DNA of 64,000 nucleotides, from NCBI GenBank assembly GCA_947381905.1, contig CANCXL010000009.1, forward strand, positions 63-64,062, in the 5' to 3' direction. A program made the translations under genes and the position numbers. This DNA comes from an uncultured Clostridiaceae bacterium (lineage in GTDB: Bacteria; Bacillota; Clostridia; TANB77; CAG-465). Below, in pieces: positions 8,783 to 17,216 of this stretch. A model generated the notes under the pieces. It saw only the letters and a list, made by a program, of their open reading frames with translations. It ran no database searches and was not told where the DNA came from. Within the stretch, counting starts at the first letter, position 1; every line of letters starts with the position of its first letter.

Positions 8783-10675
8783 ATGGAAAAAAAATTCTTT
8801 TTAAAAGAAAAACTACTTTATACTATACCAAAAGATAAATACAATAAAAAAGATTTAACAAAACTTTTAAGCAAACATAAAGAAATAAAATTTGTATCTT
8901 TTGTTGGAATAGATTTATATGGAAATGATACAGATGAAAAAATACCAATAAGCTATTTTTTGGATAACTTTGATTCATTAATGAATACTGGCGTTCAAAC
9001 TGATGGTTCTTCTGTAAGTCTATCTGCACTTGCTACACTATCTGATGCAAGAGTTGATTTAATACCAGATATAAATTCTATGTGGTATGTAGACTATAAT
9101 TACGAAAATATAGATGAGGTAACTCACCTTCCAGTTGGAACACTTAGAATCTGGTCTTTCCTACTTCATAACAATACATTTATAGATTCAAGAAGCATTT
9201 TACTATCATCTGTAGAAAAATTTAAAACTTACTTGTTAAATAAAATGGAAAGTACTAATTATTATAAAAAACTAGGTCTTAACGATATGCAAGAAATAAA
9301 AAAAGTTCAAATAATGCTTGGAACAGAACTAGAGTTTTGGGTTAGAACTCCCTATGATGCAATAAACATAGATAAACTTGTACTATCACAGACTCTAAAA
9401 GAACAATATTGGAAAAGAACTCAAGGGGTTGTAAGAACAGCTCTTGAAAAATCACTAGAAATATTAAATCTATATGGATTTAATGTAGAAATGGGACATA
9501 AAGAAGTTGGTGGTGTTAATAACTATGTTTCATTTGATGGTGCTGTAGAAAATCATATTGTAGAACAATTAGAAATAGATTGGAAATATGATGATGCAAT
9601 AAAAACAGCAGATAAAGAGATTCTTGCAAGAATATTAATTAAAGAAATATTTAGACTTTATGGACTTGAAGTAAGCTTTAATGCAAAACCAATTATTGGC
9701 GTTGCAGGATCTGGTAAACATTGTCACATTAGCACAATGCTTACTCTTGCAAATGGTAAAAAGATAAATCTTCTTGCCCCTACTGAAACTAATTCTTTTT
9801 TAAGCAATTTTGGTTGGGGAACTCTTATGGGAGTATTAAAGAATTATTCGTTAGTAAATCCTTTTGTATCAAATACTAATGACTCTTTAAATAGACTTAC
9901 TCCAAACTATGAAGCTCCTACCCATATTGTTGCATCAATTGGGCAAAGTGCAAATGTTGAAACAAGAAATAGAACTGTACTTACAGGGCTTGTAAAAGAT
10001 ATTAGTAATCCACTATCTACAAGAATTGAGCTTAGAGCTCCTAATCCTAAAACTAATGTATACTTAACTATTTCAGCAGTTCTTGCAACATTTATAGATG
10101 GACTTAACTACTCTTTAAGTAAGAATATGAAAAATTCACAGCTTGAAAAAGAGTTTTGTAAAAAATATAAAGAAAAAGGTAAATATCTAGACGATGATAG
10201 AGTTTATAGAGAAGAAAAAGACATTTTTAAAACATATACTCTTGAAGAAAGAGATAAACTATTCGGAGCTCCACCAAAAACTGTGTATGAGACAATAACA
10301 CCGCTTTTTAAAGATACAAAGCTTCTACATACTACTCTTTCCCAAGACATAATAGATGCACATGCAGATATCTCTATTACTAACTGGATTCTTGATTTAA
10401 AACAAAGAGTAATTCCAGAAGCAAAAGAAACTGTACTATCATACATTGAACTAGAAAATTCAAACCAATATGACAAAGAATTATGGAAAAACATAACTAA
10501 ATTAAAACTCTCTCTTATAAAAGATGATATTAATAAGCCTAGCATATTTACAAAAATAAATAATGCATGTGATGATAAAGATTTAGAAACTATTTCATCA
10601 TTACAACTTGAAATAAATGATATATTGCTTGAACTAAAATCATTATATACAACTTATATAAACAATGTAGTTTAA
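8783..10675 (+). CDS. glnA: Glutamine synthetase (long clostridial form)
   Basis: TDGSS, GTELEF, HKEV, EQLEID, AKP..G.AGSGKH.H, NRL...YEAP, RNR, RIELRAP motifs. Confidence 0.85.
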   Translation: MEKKFFLKEKLLYTIPKDKYNKKDLTKLLSKHKEIKFVSFVGIDLYGNDTDEKIPISYFLDNFDSLMNTGVQTDGSSVSLSALATLSDARVDLIPDINSMWYVDYNYENIDEVTHLPVGTLRIWSFLLHNNTFIDSRSILLSSVEKFKTYLLNKMESTNYYKKLGLNDMQEIKKVQIMLGTELEFWVRTPYDAINIDKLVLSQTLKEQYWKRTQGVVRTALEKSLEILNLYGFNVEMGHKEVGGVNNYVSFDGAVENHIVEQLEIDWKYDDAIKTADKEILARILIKEIFRLYGLEVSFNAKPIIGVAGSGKHCHISTMLTLANGKKINLLAPTETNSFLSNFGWGTLMGVLKNYSLVNPFVSNTNDSLNRLTPNYEAPTHIVASIGQSANVETRNRTVLTGLVKDISNPLSTRIELRAPNPKTNVYLTISAVLATFIDGLNYSLSKNMKNSQLEKEFCKKYKEKGKYLDDDRVYREEKDIFKTYTLEERDKLFGAPPKTVYETITPLFKDTKLLHTTLSQDIIDAHADISITNWILDLKQRVIPEAKETVLSYIELENSNQYDKELWKNITKLKLSLIKDDINKPSIFTKINNACDDKDLETISSLQLEINDILLELKSLYTTYINNVV

Positions 10676-10692
10676 TAATGTAAATTAGCTAG

Positions 10693-10725
10693 AAAAAATG
10701 GAGATTAAAAAATCTCCATTTTTTT
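10693..10725. terminator. Bidirectional terminator between convergent glnA and PBP genes
   Basis: AAAAAATGGAGATT-AAAA-AATCTCCATTTTTT. Confidence 0.8.
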
Positions 10726-10734
10726 ATTGCTTTA

Positions 10735-12849
10735 TTATCTATTATAATAATATTGCATTAATTCTTTCCAAACACCATTTACATTTCCAATTGGCAATTT
10801 CTTTGGTGTATCATATCCTCCCCAAATACATAGTGTAGCATCATCTGTAAAACCACAAGTCCAAACATCTTTTACATCATTTGTTGTTCCAGTTTTAATA
10901 TATGATGTTTTATTACTAATACTTGCTGTTCTACCAGTACCATACCTTGCACCAGCATTTAATGAAGTCTTTAACATTCCTGCAGCCTCTTGTGAAATCA
11001 CTTGATGTTCATTTCTATTTTTACTAATAGTTCTTCCTTCAATTTCAATGTGGTTAATAGTAGAAATATTCCTAAAAGTTCCATCATTACTTATGGCATT
11101 ATATGCTTGTGCCATTTCATAAGGTGAAATACCATTTCTAAGACCTCCTAGTGCTAAAGCTGGATAATACATATCATCTTTATTATCAATAGATGTTATT
11201 CCAAAGCTCTTTAGATATTCATATGATTTAGCAATACCTACTTTTTCAAGAGTAGTTACAGCAACAGTATTTAGCGAATATGCTATTGCGTCATTAGTTG
11301 TAATTGTTCCTCTAAAAGTTCTACTTGCATTAACTACATTCCAAGTTCCAGACGATGTTGTAACACTTACTGGTACATCTTGAACATAGCTTGTTGGCTT
11401 TAGTATTCCCATGTCATAAGCTGGACCATATACACTAAGTGGTTTTATTGCAGACCCTGTCTGACGAGTTATGTTATACGCATGATTTAAATTAGAATCA
11501 TTTCTAGAACTAATTATTGCAATAACCTCTCCAGACTTATTAGTCATAACTCCACCAAGTTCAATCCCCTCATGTCCTGGAAAACTTGCTTTTGCCACCT
11601 CATATGCCTTGTTTTGCATTGATACATCTAAATTCAAATAGATTTTTGTATTACCATTTAATAGTTTACCTATTGCTTCTTCATTTGAGCATCCACAATC
11701 CTCTTTTACCACATCAATTGCTTGTGAAAAAGCAATATCTATATATGGTTTTATTGCAGGATTATTTTTAGTTATCCTATTAAATCCATTTACAAATTCA
11801 ATATTAAAGTTTATTGCCTCAGTATATTCCTCATCTGTTATTAGCCTTAGCTCTAACATTTTTTTTAAGACAATCTTTTGTCTATTCATAAGTCTTGTCT
11901 TACATGTATCTGATGCATATGGGTTTAAATAATCTGGTGAATTTGGAATAGATGCAAGAATTGCTGATTGAGCAATATTTAAGTTCTTAGGTTCAGTATT
12001 AAAATACGTCATAGACGCCTCATAAATACCATATGCACCATTTCCATAATACACTAAATTAATGTAACTTCCAAGTATTTTTTCTTTTGACCAGTGATCT
12101 GTTAAATATAATGCACTTCCTATCTCTCTTGCCTTTCTTGAAGGTGAATGTGAATCGTCTCCCGTTGCCACCTTTACAAGTTGTTGAGTAATAGTACTTC
12201 CTCCAAAAGATGAATCTCCTTTTATTATATAATTGAATGTAGCATATAATAATCTATTTATAGATATACCATTGTTGTCATAAAAGGTTTCGTCTTCAAT
12301 TGCAGTAAAAGCATCACCAATATATTTTGGAAGAGAATTAATTTCTGTATACACACTTGAGTATGTAGGAACAAAATTTGCTTCTCCTGAATCATAATAA
12401 CCGTACATAATTTGAATTAAATTACCATTTCTGTCATATATATGTGGAACAGTATCTACATTAATTCTTGTAGTGTCAAAACCTTTTTCATAAGATTTAA
12501 ATGCTGTAGATATATATGGCATAAAAAATGCTAAAACAGACACAATACCGATTATCATCACTATAATGAATACTTTCAAAATACTATGTTTGGATTTTTT
12601 CTCCCCAGATGAAGGTACTCCAGATACCTTTATAATAGATTTCATGTGGTCTTTGTTTATATCTTCTCTGTTGCTTTTAAAGTCACTAGCATTACGACTT
12701 TCAAGGTAGTCTTCTTTATACATAAACTCATCAAGTTTCTGCCTTAAAGTCTTTTGCTTTTTTGTCTCTTTAGAATTTATGGCATGTAAAGCATTACTAT
12801 ATGACTTTCTCCTTTTTTCATAATCTTTTTTCAAAATGAATCCCTCCAA
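10735..12849 (-). CDS. Class A penicillin-binding protein (transglycosylase/transpeptidase)
   Basis: EDETFY..G, GGSTITQQLVK, RK.RE glycosyltransferase motifs; SAIK, SLN, KTG transpeptidase motifs. Confidence 0.93.
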   Translation of the reverse strand: MEGFILKKDYEKRRKSYSNALHAINSKETKKQKTLRQKLDEFMYKEDYLESRNASDFKSNREDINKDHMKSIIKVSGVPSSGEKKSKHSILKVFIIVMIIGIVSVLAFFMPYISTAFKSYEKGFDTTRINVDTVPHIYDRNGNLIQIMYGYYDSGEANFVPTYSSVYTEINSLPKYIGDAFTAIEDETFYDNNGISINRLLYATFNYIIKGDSSFGGSTITQQLVKVATGDDSHSPSRKAREIGSALYLTDHWSKEKILGSYINLVYYGNGAYGIYEASMTYFNTEPKNLNIAQSAILASIPNSPDYLNPYASDTCKTRLMNRQKIVLKKMLELRLITDEEYTEAINFNIEFVNGFNRITKNNPAIKPYIDIAFSQAIDVVKEDCGCSNEEAIGKLLNGNTKIYLNLDVSMQNKAYEVAKASFPGHEGIELGGVMTNKSGEVIAIISSRNDSNLNHAYNITRQTGSAIKPLSVYGPAYDMGILKPTSYVQDVPVSVTTSSGTWNVVNASRTFRGTITTNDAIAYSLNTVAVTTLEKVGIAKSYEYLKSFGITSIDNKDDMYYPALALGGLRNGISPYEMAQAYNAISNDGTFRNISTINHIEIEGRTISKNRNEHQVISQEAAGMLKTSLNAGARYGTGRTASISNKTSYIKTGTTNDVKDVWTCGFTDDATLCIWGGYDTPKKLPIGNVNGVWKELMQYYYNR

Positions 12850-12998
12850 TTCCTAAAAATATTAATTTTAAGATATAACATTAAAATCCGTCTATTATTT
12901 TACCATTGAGATTATAAAAAGTCAACATAATTCTGTATTACTAAAACATAAATTCTTTCTTTTCAACTGCATTATCCTTTTATTTAATTTATACTATA

Positions 12999-13097
12999 TG
13001 GTATAATATAATTGTATATAGAAGTTGTTGTACTTCTGTATATATTTGATTTTGTTAGGAGTTTTGGGCAGTTTTATCTGCTCACCTCCATTTTTTT
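12999..13097 (+). ncRNA. Putative small RNA unit A (extended -10 promoter plus ~85-nt two-hairpin RNA)
   Basis: TGGTATAAT; hairpin TATATAGAAG/CTTCTGTATA; hairpin GGAG..GGGCAG/CTGCTC..CTCC followed by T7; homologous to units B and C. Confidence 0.7.
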
Positions 13098-13166
13098 ATA
13101 TACTAGGAAAAATCAATTTTTTGTCGAAAATTGCGACGAAAAGTTGCAAAAAATAAAGCAGAAATA

Positions 13167-13195
13167 TTTACAAACGTTCGTTCATAATATATAAT
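13167..13195 (+). promoter_or_regulatory. Sigma-A promoter overlapped by a LexA (SOS/Cheo) box
   Basis: TTTACA-N17-TATAAT; the reverse strand of 13171-13184 reads TGAACGAACGTTTG, fitting the Firmicute consensus GAAC-RNRY-GTTY. Confidence 0.65.
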
Positions 13196-13201
13196 ATGTA
13201 T

Positions 13202-13395
13202 ATCAGCTGATAATGCTATATCTAGATAGTAACCCAAACCTAGAAATAGCGATGGATAATGGCCGAGAACAACGACCAATTAAGAAAAGGGTGGCCTAAA
13301 TATTTAGGTGGAAACTTAAATACAACATCTTAATAAAAAATCCAAAACTATGAAATAGTTTTGGAGCGTAACAAATTTATTTGTTACTTTTGTTC
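13202..13395 (+). ncRNA. Putative ~195-nt structured non-coding RNA, copy 1
   Basis: Promoter upstream, several hairpins, terminator GTAACAAAT/ATTTGTTAC+TTTT; near-identical inverted copy at 44714-44906. Confidence 0.7.
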
Positions 13396-13510
13396 TTGAT
13401 TTAATGTATTGTTATATGGTATAATATAATTGTATAGAAATTATTATTATTTCTATATTTTGATTGTTTATTGGAGTTTAGGGCAGTTTATCTGCTCACC
13501 TCCATTTTTT
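13396..13510 (+). ncRNA. Putative small RNA unit B
   Basis: TTGATT-N18-TATAAT (with TG); hairpin ATAGAAAT/ATTTCTAT; GGAG-TTTA-GGGCAG/CTGCTC-AC-CTCC followed by T6. Confidence 0.7.
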
Positions 13511-13511
13511 C

Positions 13512-13628
13512 TTGATTTAATACATTATTATATGGTATAATATAATTGTATATAGAAGTTATTGTGCTTCTGTATATAAAGTGTTGTTAGGAGTTTAGGG
13601 CGGTTTATCTGCCCACCTCCGTTTTTTT
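13512..13628 (+). ncRNA. Putative small RNA unit C
   Basis: TTGATT-N18-TATAAT (with TG); hairpin TATATAGAAG/CTTCTGTATA; GGAG-TTTA-GGGCGG/CTGCCC-AC-CTCC followed by T7. Confidence 0.7.
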
Positions 13629-13673
13629 ATTGTTTTATGAACATTAGTTATCTATTGTTCTTTTTTTATATAT

Positions 13674-13702
13674 TTGAAAAAATTGGTAAAAAATGGTATA
13701 AT
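13674..13702 (+). promoter_or_regulatory. Sigma-A promoter of ORF 13840..14124
   Basis: TTGAAA-N17-TATAAT with extended TG. Confidence 0.65.
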
Positions 13703-13839
13703 TATAGTATATATATACATATATTTTTTAATCTTTAATAATTATTTAAGATGTGTCTTAATATAAAGGTTAGGAAATTAATATAGTTCATACTATATCA
13801 TCCATACCATTAGCTTAAACCTCTTTGGGAGGTAATTAA

Positions 13840-14124
13840 ATGAATAACAACACTATTAAAGCTAATGGTAACATTAGCAAATTAATCCAAATTTTTAATG
13901 ATAATATCACAGTCCTTTGGGAATACAAGATAAAAGTACTTGAACCTTCTGAAAATGAAGAAATTAATATGCAAGACCTTTTAATGTATACTACTTTAAA
14001 AGAGGATCTTATAGATATTTTAAATGAAATAATATTTATTAACAAACATTTCTTTTTTGGAATGTTAACTGAATATGTTATTATTTTATTTGAAAAATTA
14101 TATCATATTATAGATATGAAATAG
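13840..14124 (+). CDS. Hypothetical 94-aa protein
   Basis: Strong GGAGGT RBS 6 nt upstream, promoter upstream, terminator-like hairpin at 14228-14260. Confidence 0.65.
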   Translation: MNNNTIKANGNISKLIQIFNDNITVLWEYKIKVLEPSENEEINMQDLLMYTTLKEDLIDILNEIIFINKHFFFGMLTEYVIILFEKLYHIIDMK

Positions 14125-14312
14125 GAAATTATAATTATTAAAAAGGATAGTGATATTTTTTAGGAATATGTATATGTATATTTTATATACGTGAAGGTTT
14201 GCTAATGGGATAAAGTTTAGTTTAAAAGCGAGATGGAATATTCTCGCTATCACTTTTTTTAGCGACAAAAAATAGAAGCAAATTTTTGATAATTTACTTC
14301 TATTTTATTATT

Positions 14313-15170
14313 CTACTTTATATTATTTTCAAATCCAGATAATCTATATTGTGAGTCTACTTTTGTAAATGTATATTTTACTGTTTGTAATATTTTAGTA
14401 TCTAGTACATTATCATCTATCTTAGATTTTATATAATCTATTTGTGTATTCTCATTAAATTCTTGATCATTTTCAATATTTAATGCAAGTATTGATTTTG
14501 ACTTATCATAGAAAAGTTTTATATTTACACTACTTTCAGCTTCATTCATTTCTATATTTTTAGTAATATATACTCTATATGCCAAAAGCTCTGCTCTATC
14601 TGGATACTCTGTTATTTGATATGGAATTTCAAGAGTATATCCAATAGTTCCAGTAGGAAATCCCCTAGGAATAACAATATATACTTTACTTTCATCACTA
14701 AAATCTAATATTTCATCTACTTTTTTATCTGTTATAGATGTATCTTTAAAAGTACTATTAATAACCTTATTCATATTTTCTGGTGTTATGTATGTACTAT
14801 TATATTCTTCTGAATATTGTAAATATTCTTGATATTCTTGCTTTCTATATATTTTATCAAGAGATACAAGTAATTTAAATTTACTACTAATACCTTTTTC
14901 GTCTAATTCGTCAATAATGTCATTTGAATATATATCTGAATATTTAATTAGTTCTTTTAGTTCAACACCTATTCTACTATTTACATTTATATTTTTTCCT
15001 CTTTCCTCTCTATCAACTATTTCTGGAGTTGTAGTAGGAACTGTTGGTTCTGGTTCTTTTTGTGTAGGTTGCTTACTTTTAATCATAGAGTTTATTATAA
15101 TATATGAAAAGCAAATAACTGCACATATTATTAATATTGAACATACGATTGTAATAACTTTATTTTTCAT
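14313..15170 (-). CDS. Hypothetical membrane-anchored extracytoplasmic protein
   Basis: N-terminal TM, Pro/Thr linker; GAGGGG RBS; terminator at ~14267-14306. Confidence 0.75.
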   Translation of the reverse strand: MKNKVITIVCSILIICAVICFSYIIINSMIKSKQPTQKEPEPTVPTTTPEIVDREERGKNINVNSRIGVELKELIKYSDIYSNDIIDELDEKGISSKFKLLVSLDKIYRKQEYQEYLQYSEEYNSTYITPENMNKVINSTFKDTSITDKKVDEILDFSDESKVYIVIPRGFPTGTIGYTLEIPYQITEYPDRAELLAYRVYITKNIEMNEAESSVNIKLFYDKSKSILALNIENDQEFNENTQIDYIKSKIDDNVLDTKILQTVKYTFTKVDSQYRLSGFENNIK

Positions 15171-15188
15171 TTTTCCCCTCCAATTTTA

Positions 15189-15911
15189 TTATAATCCACT
15201 AATTATTGAATCTGTGAAAACTTGTCCAAAAAGCTCGAAATCTGTATAGCTTTTAAGCTCAAAAGAAAAAATTTTTTTAATATCTGTTCTAATTACAAAA
15301 AATATTGCATTATATGTAGCTTTAGATATTCTAATTCTTCTTTTCTTATCCACAGTATTCATACATTCTTCACATATAAACACATTATCTATAAAATCAT
15401 AATACACGTATTCGTCTTTATCCTCAAGTAAAGGTTTTAGGCACTTTGAGCATTTATCTTGTCTTGGCGCAAATCCTAAAAGTGTAAATAGTTTTATCTT
15501 AAACGAATTTGTCACAAGCTTTATGTCTTTTTCATATTTATCTAAAACATATATAGTATTTAAAAATAATTTTAAAATCTTCTCACAATCTTGATTTTCA
15601 TCTGTTACACTATTAATCATTTTTGTCATATCAAATACAATTTGAAGCTTATCGAAGTCTATTCTTAAATTATAAAAAGTATTAATTACTGATGCAGAGT
15701 TTAAATAATAATATCCTGTATTTTGGTAAAGAACAAATTCACTATAAACTAAATACTGTGAACTTGCTAAAAACTGACTATTTGTCTTTTTAGCACCTTT
15801 AGCAATAGCAGATACTTTTCCTAAAGAATCTGTAAGAATTGTTATTATCTTGTCATTATCTTTATATGCTACTTCTCTTATTACTATTCCTTTCACCTTT
15901 GTTAGCTTCAT
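15189..15911 (-). CDS. recO: DNA repair protein RecO
   Basis: GIVIRE..YKDNDKIITILT..GK....AKGAKK; CxxC...CxxC zinc finger; downstream of era. Confidence 0.95.
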   Translation of the reverse strand: MKLTKVKGIVIREVAYKDNDKIITILTDSLGKVSAIAKGAKKTNSQFLASSQYLVYSEFVLYQNTGYYYLNSASVINTFYNLRIDFDKLQIVFDMTKMINSVTDENQDCEKILKLFLNTIYVLDKYEKDIKLVTNSFKIKLFTLLGFAPRQDKCSKCLKPLLEDKDEYVYYDFIDNVFICEECMNTVDKKRRIRISKATYNAIFFVIRTDIKKIFSFELKSYTDFELFGQVFTDSIISGL

Positions 15912-16023
15912 TTATTATTCCACCCTTTTTTTCGTATGATATATTGTCTAGAGCTTTAAACTCCATATATGTTTCTATATTTCCTGTTTTTAAAAATTCG
16001 TTCCAAGCAAACTCTTTATACAT
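15862..16023 (-). CDS. yqzL: YqzL-family small protein (53 aa, not in the ORF track)
   Basis: Manual translation MYKEFAWNEFLKTGNIETYMEFK..., GAGGTG RBS, canonical era-yqzL-recO position. Confidence 0.85.
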   Translation of the reverse strand: MYKEFAWNEFLKTGNIETYMEFKALDNISYEKKGGIINEANKGERNSNKRSSI

Positions 16024-16071
16024 ATAATCACCTCTAGTAATATTATATGTATTTTTTTAATTTGAATACAA

Positions 16072-16986
16072 TTATATTCTTGATTTTATATTTCCAAGGT
16101 AGTTTTCATTATCTTGCCAATCTGGTCTTACTTTTACCCATAATTTCAAATTGACTTTATCTTGAAGCATGTCTTCAATATCTATTCTTGCAGATGAACC
16201 AATTTTTTTAAGCATCGCTCCATCTTTTCCAATTATTATTCCTTTATGTGACATTTTTTCACAAATAATATCTACATCAATATCATAAACAGCTTGCTTT
16301 TGTCTATTTTTTCTTTTTTTAAATCTTTGTACCTCAACTTTAATTCCGTGTGGAACTTCTTCTTCTAAATTATTTAGTGCTTTCTCACGAATAATTTCTT
16401 CTATTATTTCTCTTTCTGTAATATCTGTTATTTCGTCCTCTTCGTATATTAAGTCTCCCTCTGGTAGGTATTTTATTATTGATTCTTTTAATATATCTAG
16501 ACCATCTTGCTTATATACAGAAATAGGTATAACTTCCTTAAATTCTCCACCTATTGATTTGAAATATTCGTCATAAACAGTTATTATTTTTAATATCTTT
16601 CCCTTTTCTATTTTATCTATTTTATTAATACATAAAATAACATTATTTTTAGTATTTACTATATTTTGCATTATAGTCTCATTTGCTTTATCTATTGTGG
16701 GTTTTGTTGCATCTACCATATAAATTATTACATCAACAGATTGAATAGCTGTATCCACATTTTTCATCATATACTCGCCCATTTTATCTTTGGGAGTATG
16801 CACTCCAGGTGTGTCTATAAAAATCATTTGAGAATTTTCATCTGTAATAATTCCTTTTATATTAAACCTAGTTGTTTGTGGTTTTGGAGTTGTAATTGCC
16901 ACTTTAAATCCAACTATTTTATTTACTAATGTAGACTTACCAGCATTAGGTTTTCCTACTACTGTTACATATCCTGATTTAAACAT
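16072..16986 (-). CDS. era: GTPase Era
   Basis: GKPNAGKST, PQTTR, DTPG, NKID, KH domain IIGKDGAMLKKIG. Confidence 0.98.
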   Translation of the reverse strand: MFKSGYVTVVGKPNAGKSTLVNKIVGFKVAITTPKPQTTRFNIKGIITDENSQMIFIDTPGVHTPKDKMGEYMMKNVDTAIQSVDVIIYMVDATKPTIDKANETIMQNIVNTKNNVILCINKIDKIEKGKILKIITVYDEYFKSIGGEFKEVIPISVYKQDGLDILKESIIKYLPEGDLIYEEDEITDITEREIIEEIIREKALNNLEEEVPHGIKVEVQRFKKRKNRQKQAVYDIDVDIICEKMSHKGIIIGKDGAMLKKIGSSARIDIEDMLQDKVNLKLWVKVRPDWQDNENYLGNIKSRI

Positions 16987-17093
16987 ATTTCTTTTTCCTC
17001 CATGAGCCTATTATATCAAAAAAAGAAAAAAAATACAATTAAAATTACTATTTATAATTAAGTATTATTTTATTATATATGTTAACATAAAAA

Positions 17094-17122
17094 TTGACAT
17101 TTATGTAAATTTATGTTATAAT
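17094..17122 (+). promoter_or_regulatory. Sigma-A promoter
   Basis: TTGACA-N17-TATAAT with extended TG. Confidence 0.75.
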
Positions 17123-17216
17123 ATAAGAGCAATGTTTATGTTGCAGTGATTTTGGTTGAATATACTAAAATTTTTTTAAGTGGTAAACTATACCACAAGA
17201 TTAGGGGGTAAATGAA

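Noticed and set aside
13012-13194. 60-aa plus-strand ORF from the track
   Set aside because: No RBS, starts at the predicted transcription start, and crosses a terminator
13213-13299. 28-aa micro-ORF MLYLDSNPNLEIAMDNGREQRPIKKRVA in the 195-nt RNA (the one difference between copies is synonymous)
   Set aside because: No SD, not hydrophobic, and the same change also perfects a hairpin; not called, though Ribo-seq would be needed to exclude it
13202-13395. Hammerhead ribozyme or 6S RNA identity
   Set aside because: CTGATAA is not followed by stem II-GAAA in the required arrangement, and there is no long 5'-3' rod as in 6S
13579-13589. Pairing of the sRNA C linker (AAGTGTTGT) with ACAACATCTT in the 195-nt RNA
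   Set aside because: Only 9 bp with a bulge in AT-rich sequence and not shared by units A and B; compatible with chance
12999-13628. CRISPR array interpretation of the repeats
   Set aside because: Units are ~115 bp with their own promoters and terminators, there is no constant repeat/unique spacer periodicity, and no cas genes are in the window
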